Source of the DNA: Methanimicrococcus sp.
GTDB lineage: Archaea; Halobacteriota; Methanosarcinia; Methanosarcinales; Methanosarcinaceae
DNA: 64,000 nt
Direction: 5' to 3'
Assembly: GCA_034006575.1 (NCBI GenBank)
Contig: JAVESN010000001.1
Location: 6,233-70,232 of the forward strand
Shown here piece after piece: positions 10,090 through 19,009 of this stretch (positions within the stretch are counted from its first letter, which is position 1; each line of letters starts with the position of its first letter). Made by a program: the position numbers and the translations under genes. The notes beneath the pieces were generated by a model. The model saw only the letters and a program-made list of their open reading frames with translations, was not told the DNA's origin and ran no database searches.

Positions 10090-11190
10090 ATGTCTTTTGA
10101 GAGGATGGATAAAAGGGATCTTTACCGTTGTGTCAGCTGCGGAAATTGCCGCTCCGTTTGCCCGGTGTTTGAGCTGACCGGCCGGGAATCCAAAAACACG
10201 CGCGGCCGTATTCTGATTATTCGAGATATTTATGAAGGAAAGCTTAAAGACGACTCCGTTTTTGACAGCATCAATACCTGTACGACGTGCGGCTATTGCG
10301 CCGTTTCCTGTCCGGCCGGCGTTCATCCCTCGAATTTGGTTGAAAGCGTACGCCGCGGTTTGGTTTCCTCAAATAAAATGACGCCGACGCAAAAAAAAAT
10401 TCGCGACACGGTTTTGGCGTGTTCAAACACGCTCGGAAACACAGAGCCGCGTTTAGGCTGGCTGGAAGGGTTGAATTTAGAAATTCCGAAAAACCCCAAA
10501 GCGGTTTATTTTGTCGGATGTTTGGACACTTACCGTTATCCGGAAAATGCGGTCAAAACTTATCAAATCCTTCATAAATTGGGCGTCGGATTGCTGGAAG
10601 ACGAAAAGTGCTGCACCTCTCCGCTCCTTCGTCTCGGTTTTGTAAACGAAGCCGATAAAATGAAACAACACAACCTTGAGCAAATCAAAAAAAGCGGCGC
10701 CGAAACCGTCATTGCCGGTTGCGCGGGTTGTTACAACACGCTCAAAAACGATTATTCGTTGGACAACATCCGAGTCGTGACGGTTTCGGAATATTTGATT
10801 TCCCATCTCGAAGATTTGAAAAACATCGTTCAAAAAACAAATTTAAAAGTGACTTATCATGACCCGTGCCATTCCGGCCGCCACAACAATATTTTTGACG
10901 AGCCCCGCGCGTTGATTTATGAAATCGTCGGCCAAGAAAACCTGATTGAAATGGCGACGAATCGAGAAAAAGCAAGGTGCTGCGGCGGCGGCGGCGGCGT
11001 TCGTTCCGGTTACGGCGAGCTTTCTTTGGCGATGGCCAAAAGACGGCTTCAAGATGTCCCCCAAGACGTTGATTACATCGTCACGACCTGTCCGCTTTGC
11101 GTCCGAAATTTAAGAGACGCGGGCGGCGATGTCCCGGTGATTGATTTGATTGAATTGCTCACCCTCTCTCAATCACTCTCTCCCCTTTAA
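10090..11190 (+). CDS. Fe-S oxidoreductase, GlcF/HdrD-like (2x[4Fe-4S] plus CCG domains)
   Basis: Two CxxCxxCxxxCP motifs, TYHDPCH, CCGGGGG, TCPLC; adjacent to the GlcD-like gene. Confidence 0.88.
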   Translation: MSFERMDKRDLYRCVSCGNCRSVCPVFELTGRESKNTRGRILIIRDIYEGKLKDDSVFDSINTCTTCGYCAVSCPAGVHPSNLVESVRRGLVSSNKMTPTQKKIRDTVLACSNTLGNTEPRLGWLEGLNLEIPKNPKAVYFVGCLDTYRYPENAVKTYQILHKLGVGLLEDEKCCTSPLLRLGFVNEADKMKQHNLEQIKKSGAETVIAGCAGCYNTLKNDYSLDNIRVVTVSEYLISHLEDLKNIVQKTNLKVTYHDPCHSGRHNNIFDEPRALIYEIVGQENLIEMATNREKARCCGGGGGVRSGYGELSLAMAKRRLQDVPQDVDYIVTTCPLCVRNLRDAGGDVPVIDLIELLTLSQSLSPL

Positions 11191-11314
11191 TCGCTCCTCC
11201 TCCCGGTCTCTCCTCCCTCTCGGTCGTTCTTCTCCCTCTCTGTCTCTTTTCTTCCTCTCTGTCTCTTTTCTTCCTCTTTCTTCTCCCCTTCAACCGCTTC
11301 CCCTTTTCAGTCGT

Positions 11315-13678
11315 TTACTCCTTCTCCATCCGATTAAATCTTCTCTCGTCTCTTTGAGAGTTTCGCGGAATCAAACAGTAAGGCGCGTTTCCGATTAAAT
11401 CTTCTCGATGAACCGTTTCCAGCGCGTTTTGAATCATTTCCCGATTGTCGGGATTTTTAAATTGAAGCAGACTGCGCTGCATCTTTTTTTCCGTTCGCGT
11501 CGCGGGAACGTAAATTTTTTCCATCGTAAACGGGTCAAGTCCCGTGTGAAACATGCACGTTGAAATCGTCATCGGGGTCGGGGTAAAATCCTGGACCTGC
11601 TCGGTGTATCGGTTGTTGTCGCGAATGTATTCCGCCATCTCCACGGCGTTTTCAAGCGTGCATCCGGGGTGCCCCGATATTTGAAACGTCACCAAAAACT
11701 GTTTTAAGCCGAGTTTTTGATTGACCTCTTTAAATTTCCTTTCAAACTTTTCAAAGGATTCCCGATTCGGTTTTCTCATGGCTTTTGTCACATTGTCGCA
11801 AAAATGTTCGGGCGCGACTTTTAATTGCCCGCCGACATGATATTTGCAAAGCGTTTCTAAATACTCATCTTCCGCCGTCGCCAAATCAAAACGAACTCCG
11901 TACCCTGTCAACACTTTTCTGACCCCTTCCATTTCCCGAAGCGTTTTTAAAAGATTTAACAATCTTTCATGGCTCGCGTTCAGCGACGGGCAGACGGTCG
12001 GAACCAAACAGTTTTTGTGCGTACAGGCGCCTTTTTTCTCCCAGACTTTGCAACTCATGCCGTACATGTTCGCGCTCGGACCGCCGATTCCGTTGATGAT
12101 GCCGTTGAAACCGGGGCTTTTGATGAGGATTTCGGCTTCTCTGAGGATGGATTCTTCGCTTCGGTTGCTGATGGCCCTTCCCTGGTGTTGGGTAATCGCG
12201 CAAAATGAGCAGCCTCCAAAGCAGCCGCGGTGGCTTGTGATTGAATTTTTGACAACTTCAAGACCGGGGACGGGTTCGTCATAAGAGGGGTGCTCCAACC
12301 TCAAATACGGCAATTCGTAAACGGTGTCCATTTCGCCTTGCGTTAATTCCCGCATCGGCGGATTTTGAATGACGGTCGTTTTCGGATGAGGCTGAACGAG
12401 TTTTTTTCCGGAAATCGGATTTTGATTTTCGTAAATCGTTTTAAAAGCGCGCGCGTATTGCTCCTTATCGCTTGAAACATCGTTGAAATCCGGCAATTCG
12501 ACGTAAGTTTCGCTTTTAAAAGACTCGGCATACTCGCTGTCCCGTCCTTCTTTTATATTTTTCCATTCGCGGACCGGCATTTTCCAAACGGTTCCGGGGA
12601 TGTCTCTCATGTCAGATATTTTTTCTCCCGCATTCATTCGATTCGCGATTTCTTTGATTTGAAGCTCGCCCATCCCGTAAACGATCAAATCAATCGGCGC
12701 GTCCGCTAACACGGATTGTCTGACATCGTTTGACAAATAATCAAATTCGGCGAACCTTCGAAGCGACGCTTCAATGCCGCCGGCCACAATCGGGGCATCC
12801 GGAAAAGCTTGCCTGAGCCGATTGGCGTACGCAATCACGGCGCGGTCGGGCCGCAATCCCGGGCGTCCGCCGGGGGAATACATATCGCTTTCTCGTTTGT
12901 AAAGGAGCGGTGTGTAATTGTTGACAAGAGAATCCGCGTTTCCGGCGCTGACGGAAAAAAAGAGTCTCGGCTTTCCCAAAACCTCAAACGCGTCTTTGCC
13001 GGTCCAATCGGGCTGCGCGATGATTCCGACGCGGTACCCTTCATGCTCCAAAACGCGGCCGATAATCGCCGTTCCGAATCCGGAGTGGTCCACATAAGCG
13101 TCTCCGGTCACCAAAATAATGTCAAGTTCGGACCACCCTTTTTTTTCGGCCTCTTTTAAACTCATCGGCAAAAATGCGCCGGCGTTTTTTAAAGCCTCTT
13201 CTCGGCGTTTTTCAAAAAAGTAATTTCTTTTCTTTTCAACGGTTTCGCTCATTTCGTTTTTTTTTTTATCGCCGTCTTTTCTTTCCCAACCCTGTTTTCC
13301 CCTTCTTTCCCACTCTTGTTTTTCTGTTCTTCCCCGTCTTCGTTTTTCTTTTCCGAAATCGAATTCGCCGTCTTCATCGGATTTCCTTTTGTCGTCGCTT
13401 TTCCAATCAAAACGTTTCGGTTCGGAATTTATCATATCCGTTTTTTTTACGCCCATCTTTCCGACGCTCGTTTTTGTTTCTTCCCCCGGCGCCCTTCTTT
13501 TTTCCTCGCTCGGAATCACAATTTTCGTTTCATCCGCGCCGACGGCTCCCACCGTTTTTTCAAGACCCCGCACCGTTCTTCGATTACCGGATTTTCCGAC
13601 TTCGACTTTGCCGGTCGTTCCCAGCGTTCCGGTGGTGCGGCGCTCTTTTTTTTCGCTCTCGTTCTTTTGGTTTGTCAT
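11315..13678 (-). CDS. YgiQ/UPF0313 family radical SAM protein with long charged N-terminal extension
   Basis: VTGDAYVDH, GGIEASLRR, HRGCFGGCSFCAITQHQG, VAPEH, QDFTPTPMT. Confidence 0.9.
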   Translation of the reverse strand: MTNQKNESEKKERRTTGTLGTTGKVEVGKSGNRRTVRGLEKTVGAVGADETKIVIPSEEKRRAPGEETKTSVGKMGVKKTDMINSEPKRFDWKSDDKRKSDEDGEFDFGKEKRRRGRTEKQEWERRGKQGWERKDGDKKKNEMSETVEKKRNYFFEKRREEALKNAGAFLPMSLKEAEKKGWSELDIILVTGDAYVDHSGFGTAIIGRVLEHEGYRVGIIAQPDWTGKDAFEVLGKPRLFFSVSAGNADSLVNNYTPLLYKRESDMYSPGGRPGLRPDRAVIAYANRLRQAFPDAPIVAGGIEASLRRFAEFDYLSNDVRQSVLADAPIDLIVYGMGELQIKEIANRMNAGEKISDMRDIPGTVWKMPVREWKNIKEGRDSEYAESFKSETYVELPDFNDVSSDKEQYARAFKTIYENQNPISGKKLVQPHPKTTVIQNPPMRELTQGEMDTVYELPYLRLEHPSYDEPVPGLEVVKNSITSHRGCFGGCSFCAITQHQGRAISNRSEESILREAEILIKSPGFNGIINGIGGPSANMYGMSCKVWEKKGACTHKNCLVPTVCPSLNASHERLLNLLKTLREMEGVRKVLTGYGVRFDLATAEDEYLETLCKYHVGGQLKVAPEHFCDNVTKAMRKPNRESFEKFERKFKEVNQKLGLKQFLVTFQISGHPGCTLENAVEMAEYIRDNNRYTEQVQDFTPTPMTISTCMFHTGLDPFTMEKIYVPATRTEKKMQRSLLQFKNPDNREMIQNALETVHREDLIGNAPYCLIPRNSQRDERRFNRMEKE

Positions 13679-13697
13679 CTCTTTTCCCGTCCTCTTT

Positions 13698-14351
13698 TTA
13701 GGGATTCATTCTCTCAGACATCATTTTTGAAAGTCCGATAGAGGCGTTTGCGTTTCCGACCGTCGGGCGCCCGTGTCCCGGGCACAAATATTCAACGTCT
13801 CTTTTTGTTAACTTTTCAATGGATTCCGTCATTTTTTCGGGCGCGGAAATCCTGAAATCCGTTCTCCCGATTCCGCCTTCCGAAAACACCGTGTCGCCGG
13901 TAAAAAGCGTTTTTGAATTTTTTTCATATAAACAAATACAACCGACCGTATGTCCCGGGGTGTGAATCACTTCTAAGTATTCGTTTTCCCCCTCGTCGTT
14001 TTTCCCGATCGGAATTTTTTCCCCGCCGCCGTAAAGAATATCGGGCATCGGGCACTTGCTTTTCTCACCAAAACTCAATGCGCTTGATGAATAATCATCA
14101 TTTAAATACGGCGCGTCCGCCTCATGAATCGCTAATTTCGCGCCGCTTCTTTGGACGATTTCTCCGGCGCAGCCGGTGTGGTCGTAATGCGCATGCGTTA
14201 AAATAATCAATTCAATTTTTTCAATCGGCACGATTTTTTCAATTTGTCTCACTATGTTTTTTGTCGTCATCCCCGTATCGACGAGGATTTTTTTATTGAC
14301 GATGTAAACATTGGAATCATAATTATCAGATATTATCGCTTCAAGCTGCAT
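13698..14351 (-). CDS. Metallo-beta-lactamase fold hydrolase (glyoxalase II-like)
   Basis: THAHYDH, HTPGHT, FTGD, PGHG motifs. Confidence 0.9.
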   Translation of the reverse strand: MQLEAIISDNYDSNVYIVNKKILVDTGMTTKNIVRQIEKIVPIEKIELIILTHAHYDHTGCAGEIVQRSGAKLAIHEADAPYLNDDYSSSALSFGEKSKCPMPDILYGGGEKIPIGKNDEGENEYLEVIHTPGHTVGCICLYEKNSKTLFTGDTVFSEGGIGRTDFRISAPEKMTESIEKLTKRDVEYLCPGHGRPTVGNANASIGLSKMMSERMNP

Positions 14352-14364
14352 TTTATCTCCTCTC

Positions 14365-15840
14365 TTATCCCTTAATCACGCCGATTGGAATCAAGCGCGC
14401 CACCCTTTGCGCGATTCCGAGGCTGTCGACCACATCGACCACGTCGTCGCTGTTTTTGTAAACGTCCGGCGCTTCTTCGGCAATGACGGAGTCCCTTTGC
14501 GCTCTGACCGTAATTCCTTGTTTGGCCAATTCTTCTCGGATATTTTCCCCGCTCATGTTGTCTTTTGCTTTTCCGCGCCCCATGACGCGTCCCGCTCCGT
14601 GGCAGGCGCTTCCAAAGGATAAGGACATGGACTTGGGCCCGCCTTTTAAAATAAAAGACGGCGTTCCCATGCTTCCCGGAATCAATACCGGTTGTCCGAC
14701 ATCTCTATATTGGAGCGGCACTTCGGGGTGTCCCGCCGGAAACGCGCGGGTTGCGCCTTTTCTGTGAACGTAGACATTTTGTTTTTTCCCGTCAACGACA
14801 TGCTCCTCAAATTTAGCGACATTGTGCGCCACGTCATACAAAAGTTCCATTCCAAGCGCGTCGGTATCTTTTTTATATTGTTTCTCAAAGACTTCTCGGG
14901 TCCAGTGCATAATGATTTGGCGGTTCGCCCAAGCGTAATTGGCGCCGCATTTCATCGCGTCAAAATAATCTTGCGCTTCTTTGGATTGGGCGGGCGCGCA
15001 GGCCAATTGCATGTCCGGGATATGTATTTTGTATTTTTTGACGGCTTGGTTGAGCGTTTGCAAATGATCCGTGCAGATTTGGTGGCCGGCGCCGCGAGAG
15101 CCGCAATGGATCATGACGGTCACCTGCCCGACCGACAGTCCGTAGGCGGCGGCGGCAACCGGATCATAAATCTTATCAATATATTGAATTTCTAAGAAAT
15201 GGTTTCCGCTTCCGAGCGTTCCAAATTGCGGGCGCCCTCTTTTTCGGGCTTTTGCTCCGACTTTATCGGGATTTCCGCCTTCCATAAATCCGTAGGACTC
15301 GCAATTTTCCGTGTCGCTTTTTATTCCGTATCCGGCCTCAACCGCCCACTGTGAGCCGTGTAAAAATGCTTCCGTTAATTCGGTGTCGGTGACTTTGAAT
15401 TCTCCTTTTGAGCCGACGCCGGACGGGATTTTTCGAAACAGATTTTCCGTCAGCGCTTTAATATCGGGTATGACGTCTTCTCTTTGAAGAGTCGTTTTCA
15501 TTAAACGAACGCCGCAGTTGATGTCAAAGCCGACGCCCCCCGGGCTGATGACGCCTTCTTCTTCGTCAAAAGCCGCAACGCCGCCGATGGTAAAACCGTA
15601 TCCGAGATGGACGTCCGGCATGGCCATGGAATATTCTAAAATGCCCGGCAATACGGAAACGTTGGCCACTTGATTGATGGTTTCATTGTCAATGCTTCCC
15701 ATCAGCTTTTCCGATAAGAAGAGGCGGCCGGGAACTCTCATCCCGCCGACCCGATTTTTGGGGATGTCCCAAATATAATCGTTGACGCGATGTAATTCGT
15801 TTGTAATCCCCGCTTCGTTTTTTTCCGTTTGATTTGACAT
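14365..15840 (-). CDS. rtcB: tRNA-splicing ligase RtcB
   Basis: MPDVHLGYG, GFDINCG, GTLGSGNHFLE, HCGSRG, HNVAK, HRKGAT, HGAGR. Confidence 0.97.
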   Translation of the reverse strand: MSNQTEKNEAGITNELHRVNDYIWDIPKNRVGGMRVPGRLFLSEKLMGSIDNETINQVANVSVLPGILEYSMAMPDVHLGYGFTIGGVAAFDEEEGVISPGGVGFDINCGVRLMKTTLQREDVIPDIKALTENLFRKIPSGVGSKGEFKVTDTELTEAFLHGSQWAVEAGYGIKSDTENCESYGFMEGGNPDKVGAKARKRGRPQFGTLGSGNHFLEIQYIDKIYDPVAAAAYGLSVGQVTVMIHCGSRGAGHQICTDHLQTLNQAVKKYKIHIPDMQLACAPAQSKEAQDYFDAMKCGANYAWANRQIIMHWTREVFEKQYKKDTDALGMELLYDVAHNVAKFEEHVVDGKKQNVYVHRKGATRAFPAGHPEVPLQYRDVGQPVLIPGSMGTPSFILKGGPKSMSLSFGSACHGAGRVMGRGKAKDNMSGENIREELAKQGITVRAQRDSVIAEEAPDVYKNSDDVVDVVDSLGIAQRVARLIPIGVIKG

Positions 15841-15900
15841 ATTTTTTCCTGTGTATTTATTTTAATGATGTCTCTTCTTTGGTTTACTTTGATTTAAAAT

Positions 15901-15984
15901 GTTTGATTCTTTATTTTTTCAAAGCGTTTGATTCTTTATTTTTTCAAAGCGTTTGATTCTTTATTTTTTCAAAACGTTTGATTC
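15901..15984. repeat. 25-bp tandem repeat x3.4 between archease and rtcB
   Basis: gtttgattctttattttttcaaa(g/a)c. Confidence 0.9.
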
Positions 15985-16079
15985 CGTGTTTTTAAAAATG
16001 TTGACTTTTTGTTTTCTTAAAAGTGTTCCATTCTTTGTTTCTTAAAAAAACGTATTTTGTTTTTTCGGATTTCATCTAT

Positions 16080-16532
16080 TTATAAATCCAAAACGACTTC
16101 GGTTTCAAAACCGTCTTTTGTTTTTTCGACGCGGATCCCGTTATATGTAATCGCCTTGACTTCGGTTTTGAAATTTTGTTTTTGAGAATCAATCGGCTCG
16201 CCCGAAACGGCGGCATTTATGGAATACATTTCTTTGCCGTCTTCATCCGTTTTTGCTCCGACTTCTTTGACGGTCACGTTTCCGAGAACCGTTTCTTCGG
16301 CGTCGAATAAAAACAAAAGCTCCGATAAAAAATCAACCATTAAGTTTTCTAAATCAATCGCTTCAAGTTCGATTTCAAATTCGATTTGCGATTGAATCGT
16401 TGAGATGTCGGCAATCACGGTAAGGGTCGCCAAGGCGGCATTTTCAAAGACCTTTTCAAGCGTTTCTCCGTATGCGATAAATCGAATATCGGCGACGTGA
16501 TCTATATATTTAAAATTCGAATTTTGAGACAT
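16080..16532 (-). CDS. Archease
   Basis: DHVADI...EVKAITY...VLDL; directly upstream of rtcB; start at ATG 16532. Confidence 0.92.
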   Translation of the reverse strand: MSQNSNFKYIDHVADIRFIAYGETLEKVFENAALATLTVIADISTIQSQIEFEIELEAIDLENLMVDFLSELLFLFDAEETVLGNVTVKEVGAKTDEDGKEMYSINAAVSGEPIDSQKQNFKTEVKAITYNGIRVEKTKDGFETEVVLDL

Positions 16533-16545
16533 TTTTGGGCCGGCT

Positions 16546-17226
16546 TTATTTTTCTTTTTTTGCGCTCTCTTCTTTCCCCAAAACTTTCCAAATATGGTAA
16601 ATTCGCTGAAACGCGGTGATGTGAGAGCCTGCGGCAATGAGAATCATGCTCCATCCGAGAAACGAAATTCCGCCGAATGCCGCGGATTGGCTGTAATAGG
16701 CGATGTAGCCGAAATCTAAAAAGGTGGCCGCTAATATTATGATTAAACGGTCGGCGCGCCCCATGATTCCGCCGTAATATCTTCCGATGTCCATGGCTTG
16801 AGCCTGGGTTCCGAGATAGCTGGTTAAAAGAACGCCGGCAAGGGCGATGACTCCGATTTGCCACGGGCAAAATCCGCCGAATATAATTCCGGAAATGATA
16901 AAAATATCCGCGTAGCGGTCAATGACGTGGTCTAAAAAGTCGCCTTTTTTTCCGGCAATCCCGCGAAGCCGGGCAACGGCGCCGTCAAGCGCGTCCAGTC
17001 CGGAATTGATTAAAACGCAAATGGCCGCGACCAACAAAAAATAATGCGGCGCGGATATGTCAAAATGCTGTTCTCCGGCGATGTAATAAAAAATGCCGGC
17101 AAATATCGAAAAGATAAATGAAATGATGGAAAGCGTATTTGGGGATACGCCGATTTTAATAAAAATTTTTGCAACCGGATCGATAATAATTCCCGCAACA
17201 TATGGTCTGAGCGAATTAGCGGCCAT
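16546..17226 (-). CDS. CDP-alcohol phosphatidyltransferase (archaetidyl-inositol/glycerol phosphate synthase)
   Basis: DALDGAVAR...G.FLDHVIDRYAD signature; hydrophobic helices. Confidence 0.9.
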   Translation of the reverse strand: MAANSLRPYVAGIIIDPVAKIFIKIGVSPNTLSIISFIFSIFAGIFYYIAGEQHFDISAPHYFLLVAAICVLINSGLDALDGAVARLRGIAGKKGDFLDHVIDRYADIFIISGIIFGGFCPWQIGVIALAGVLLTSYLGTQAQAMDIGRYYGGIMGRADRLIIILAATFLDFGYIAYYSQSAAFGGISFLGWSMILIAAGSHITAFQRIYHIWKVLGKEESAKKEK

Positions 17227-17301
17227 TGAGTGTCTGTTTCCTTTATTTTCGTTTGTTTTCGTTTTCTATAGTTATCTGTTTATCTATAAATAACAATTCG
17301 C

Positions 17302-17910
17302 TTAAAACGAATTTCTTGCGGCGGCGTACAGATATCCGATTTTAGCCGAATGTTCCAATTGCGCCGTAATATGATATGCTTCTTCCAACGTCTCCCCGAC
17401 GGCAATTGTTCCGTGTCCGAATATGATTGCCCCCCTCGCGCCGGTTTTAAAAAGAGTCGCCGCGTTTTCTGCCAGCTCTTCGCTTCCGATGTCCCCGAAT
17501 ATAATCGGAATTTCTTTTAAAAATAATTTTCCCTCGCTGTCCATCGGGAAAATCCCATCGTTTCCCCTCTCGTTTTCCAAAATCGACATCACAACCGAAT
17601 ACGGGCAATGCGCGTGAAGAATCGCGCCGGCATTTGTTTCTTGATATATCCTCCGATGAACGGGCGTCTCCGAAGACGCCGTTTTTTCGATGACGTCGGA
17701 AACCTCCGGCGCCGTTAACGTCTCGGTACCATCGTTCCAAATCGGAACTTCAATCACACCATCTCGTCCGATTTCATCCAGCGGCGTTTTTGTTTTCGTA
17801 ATTAAAAACGAATTTCCCGACCTCGAACGAATGCTGATGTTTCCGAAATTCGCCTCAACCAAACCCGCGGAAACGATTTTCTTTCCGATTTCCGACATTT
17901 TTCGCTGCAT
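17302..17910 (-). CDS. Class II aldolase/adducin family (fuculose-1-phosphate aldolase-like)
   Basis: GNISIR, SSETPVH, HAHCPY, GHG motifs. Confidence 0.85.
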   Translation of the reverse strand: MQRKMSEIGKKIVSAGLVEANFGNISIRSRSGNSFLITKTKTPLDEIGRDGVIEVPIWNDGTETLTAPEVSDVIEKTASSETPVHRRIYQETNAGAILHAHCPYSVVMSILENERGNDGIFPMDSEGKLFLKEIPIIFGDIGSEELAENAATLFKTGARGAIIFGHGTIAVGETLEEAYHITAQLEHSAKIGYLYAAARNSF

Positions 17911-18150
17911 TTTCCCTTTTCCTTTCTATTTTTTTATTCTCTTTTTTTTATTCTCTTTTTTCTTTGCTTTTTATTTCATCCTTTTTCCATTTTTCTTTTT
18001 TTAAAATTCATTTTTTAAATCCGAAATATGACGATTTTTTCTTTCTTTTCAAGATTAAACCGTTTCATCCTTTAAAAAAGCATCATTTTTTTGATTTTCT
18101 CCCATAATATTTATAAATTATAACTTGTATGTATGGGATACTTCAAAAGC

Positions 18151-18222
18151 GCCTCGTTGGCTTAGGGGTATAGCGGCTGACTTGTAATCAGCAGGTCGCG
18201 TGTTCAAATCACGCACGGGGCT
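18151..18222 (+). tRNA. tRNA-Thr(UGU)
   Basis: Cloverleaf: GCCTCGT/ACGGGGC acceptor, GCTGA-ctTGTaa-TCAGC anticodon arm, GCGTG-TTCAAAT-CACGC T arm. Confidence 0.95.
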
Positions 18223-18229
18223 TACAATG

Positions 18230-18266
18230 GAATATTCAAATCATTAACGGATTTGAATATTCTTTT
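18230..18266 (+). terminator. Perfect 13-bp inverted repeat plus T-run after tRNA-Thr
   Basis: gaatattcaaatc-attaacg-gatttgaatattc followed by tttt. Confidence 0.6.
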
Positions 18267-18391
18267 AAAACTTCTTTTTATTTTCTGTCTTTTTAATTGA
18301 TATTTCTTAAAAATGTGGTCTCACGTTTTAAATAATCACCTAAAATAAAATAAAGAACCATTTTTATACACCATTCTATATATTGTCGGTT

Positions 18392-18598
18392 ATGACATCT
18401 GAAATCGCTATTATGAACCGAAATGCTATTGCTTTGGCAGCAGATAGCATCGTTACTCTTCAAACAGAAACCGGCAACAAAACATATTCAACGGCTAACA
18501 AACTTTTTGCATTAAGTTACAACCATTCAATTGGATTAATGGTTAATAACAACGCCACTTTTCTTGGAATCCCTTGGGAAACGGCTATCACTCTTTAA
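18392..18598 (+). pseudogene. Internally deleted copy of the Ntn-hydrolase gene at 19010
   Basis: MTSEIAIMNRNAIALAADSIVT...PWETAITL aligns with the first ~68 aa of 19010..20200, then jumps to sequence resembling that gene's 3' end. Confidence 0.85.
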
Positions 18599-18612
18599 AG
18601 GGGAATATTAAA

Positions 18613-18744
18613 ATGAAAACATACAAATCATATGAAGAATTTGAAAGAGAATTTCTTCCAAACAGGCATAAAAGAAAAGTAACGGAATCTTCCAAAAGCT
18701 TTGGTCGATTATCGACTTTAATGAAAACAAAAAATCAATATTAA
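18613..18744 (+). CDS. 43-aa basic microprotein (copy 1)
   Basis: MKTYKSYEEFEREFLPNRHKRKVTESSKSFGRLSTLMKTKNQY; collinear paralog of 20197..20325. Confidence 0.6.
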   Translation: MKTYKSYEEFEREFLPNRHKRKVTESSKSFGRLSTLMKTKNQY

Positions 18745-19009
18745 TTTTTTTCTCTTCAATCAAGAAGTGCATATTGTAGGGCTTCAACGGAACTCGTTTC
18801 ATAAAAAATTTCCTTGGTTTATTTTCATCACATTTTCTCCCCAGGGTCACGCGTAGAATTGAGGATTTTCTCTTATAATTTTTAAGATATTTTGATATAA
18901 TATTTCATTTCTATAATTATGCCGGAATCACATTTTTTTAAATTTGATAATTATCGTATTTTATTATATTAAACAACATTTTTATATTATCTGTTCTATT
19001 CATGTTTTT

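Noticed and set aside
14365-16532. rtcB-archease as a novel RNA repair/defence module
   Set aside because: Well-known conserved tRNA-splicing ligase operon.
18745-18940. Possible gene remnant between the two Ntn modules
   Set aside because: Only short broken frames with no recognisable motif; cannot be supported.
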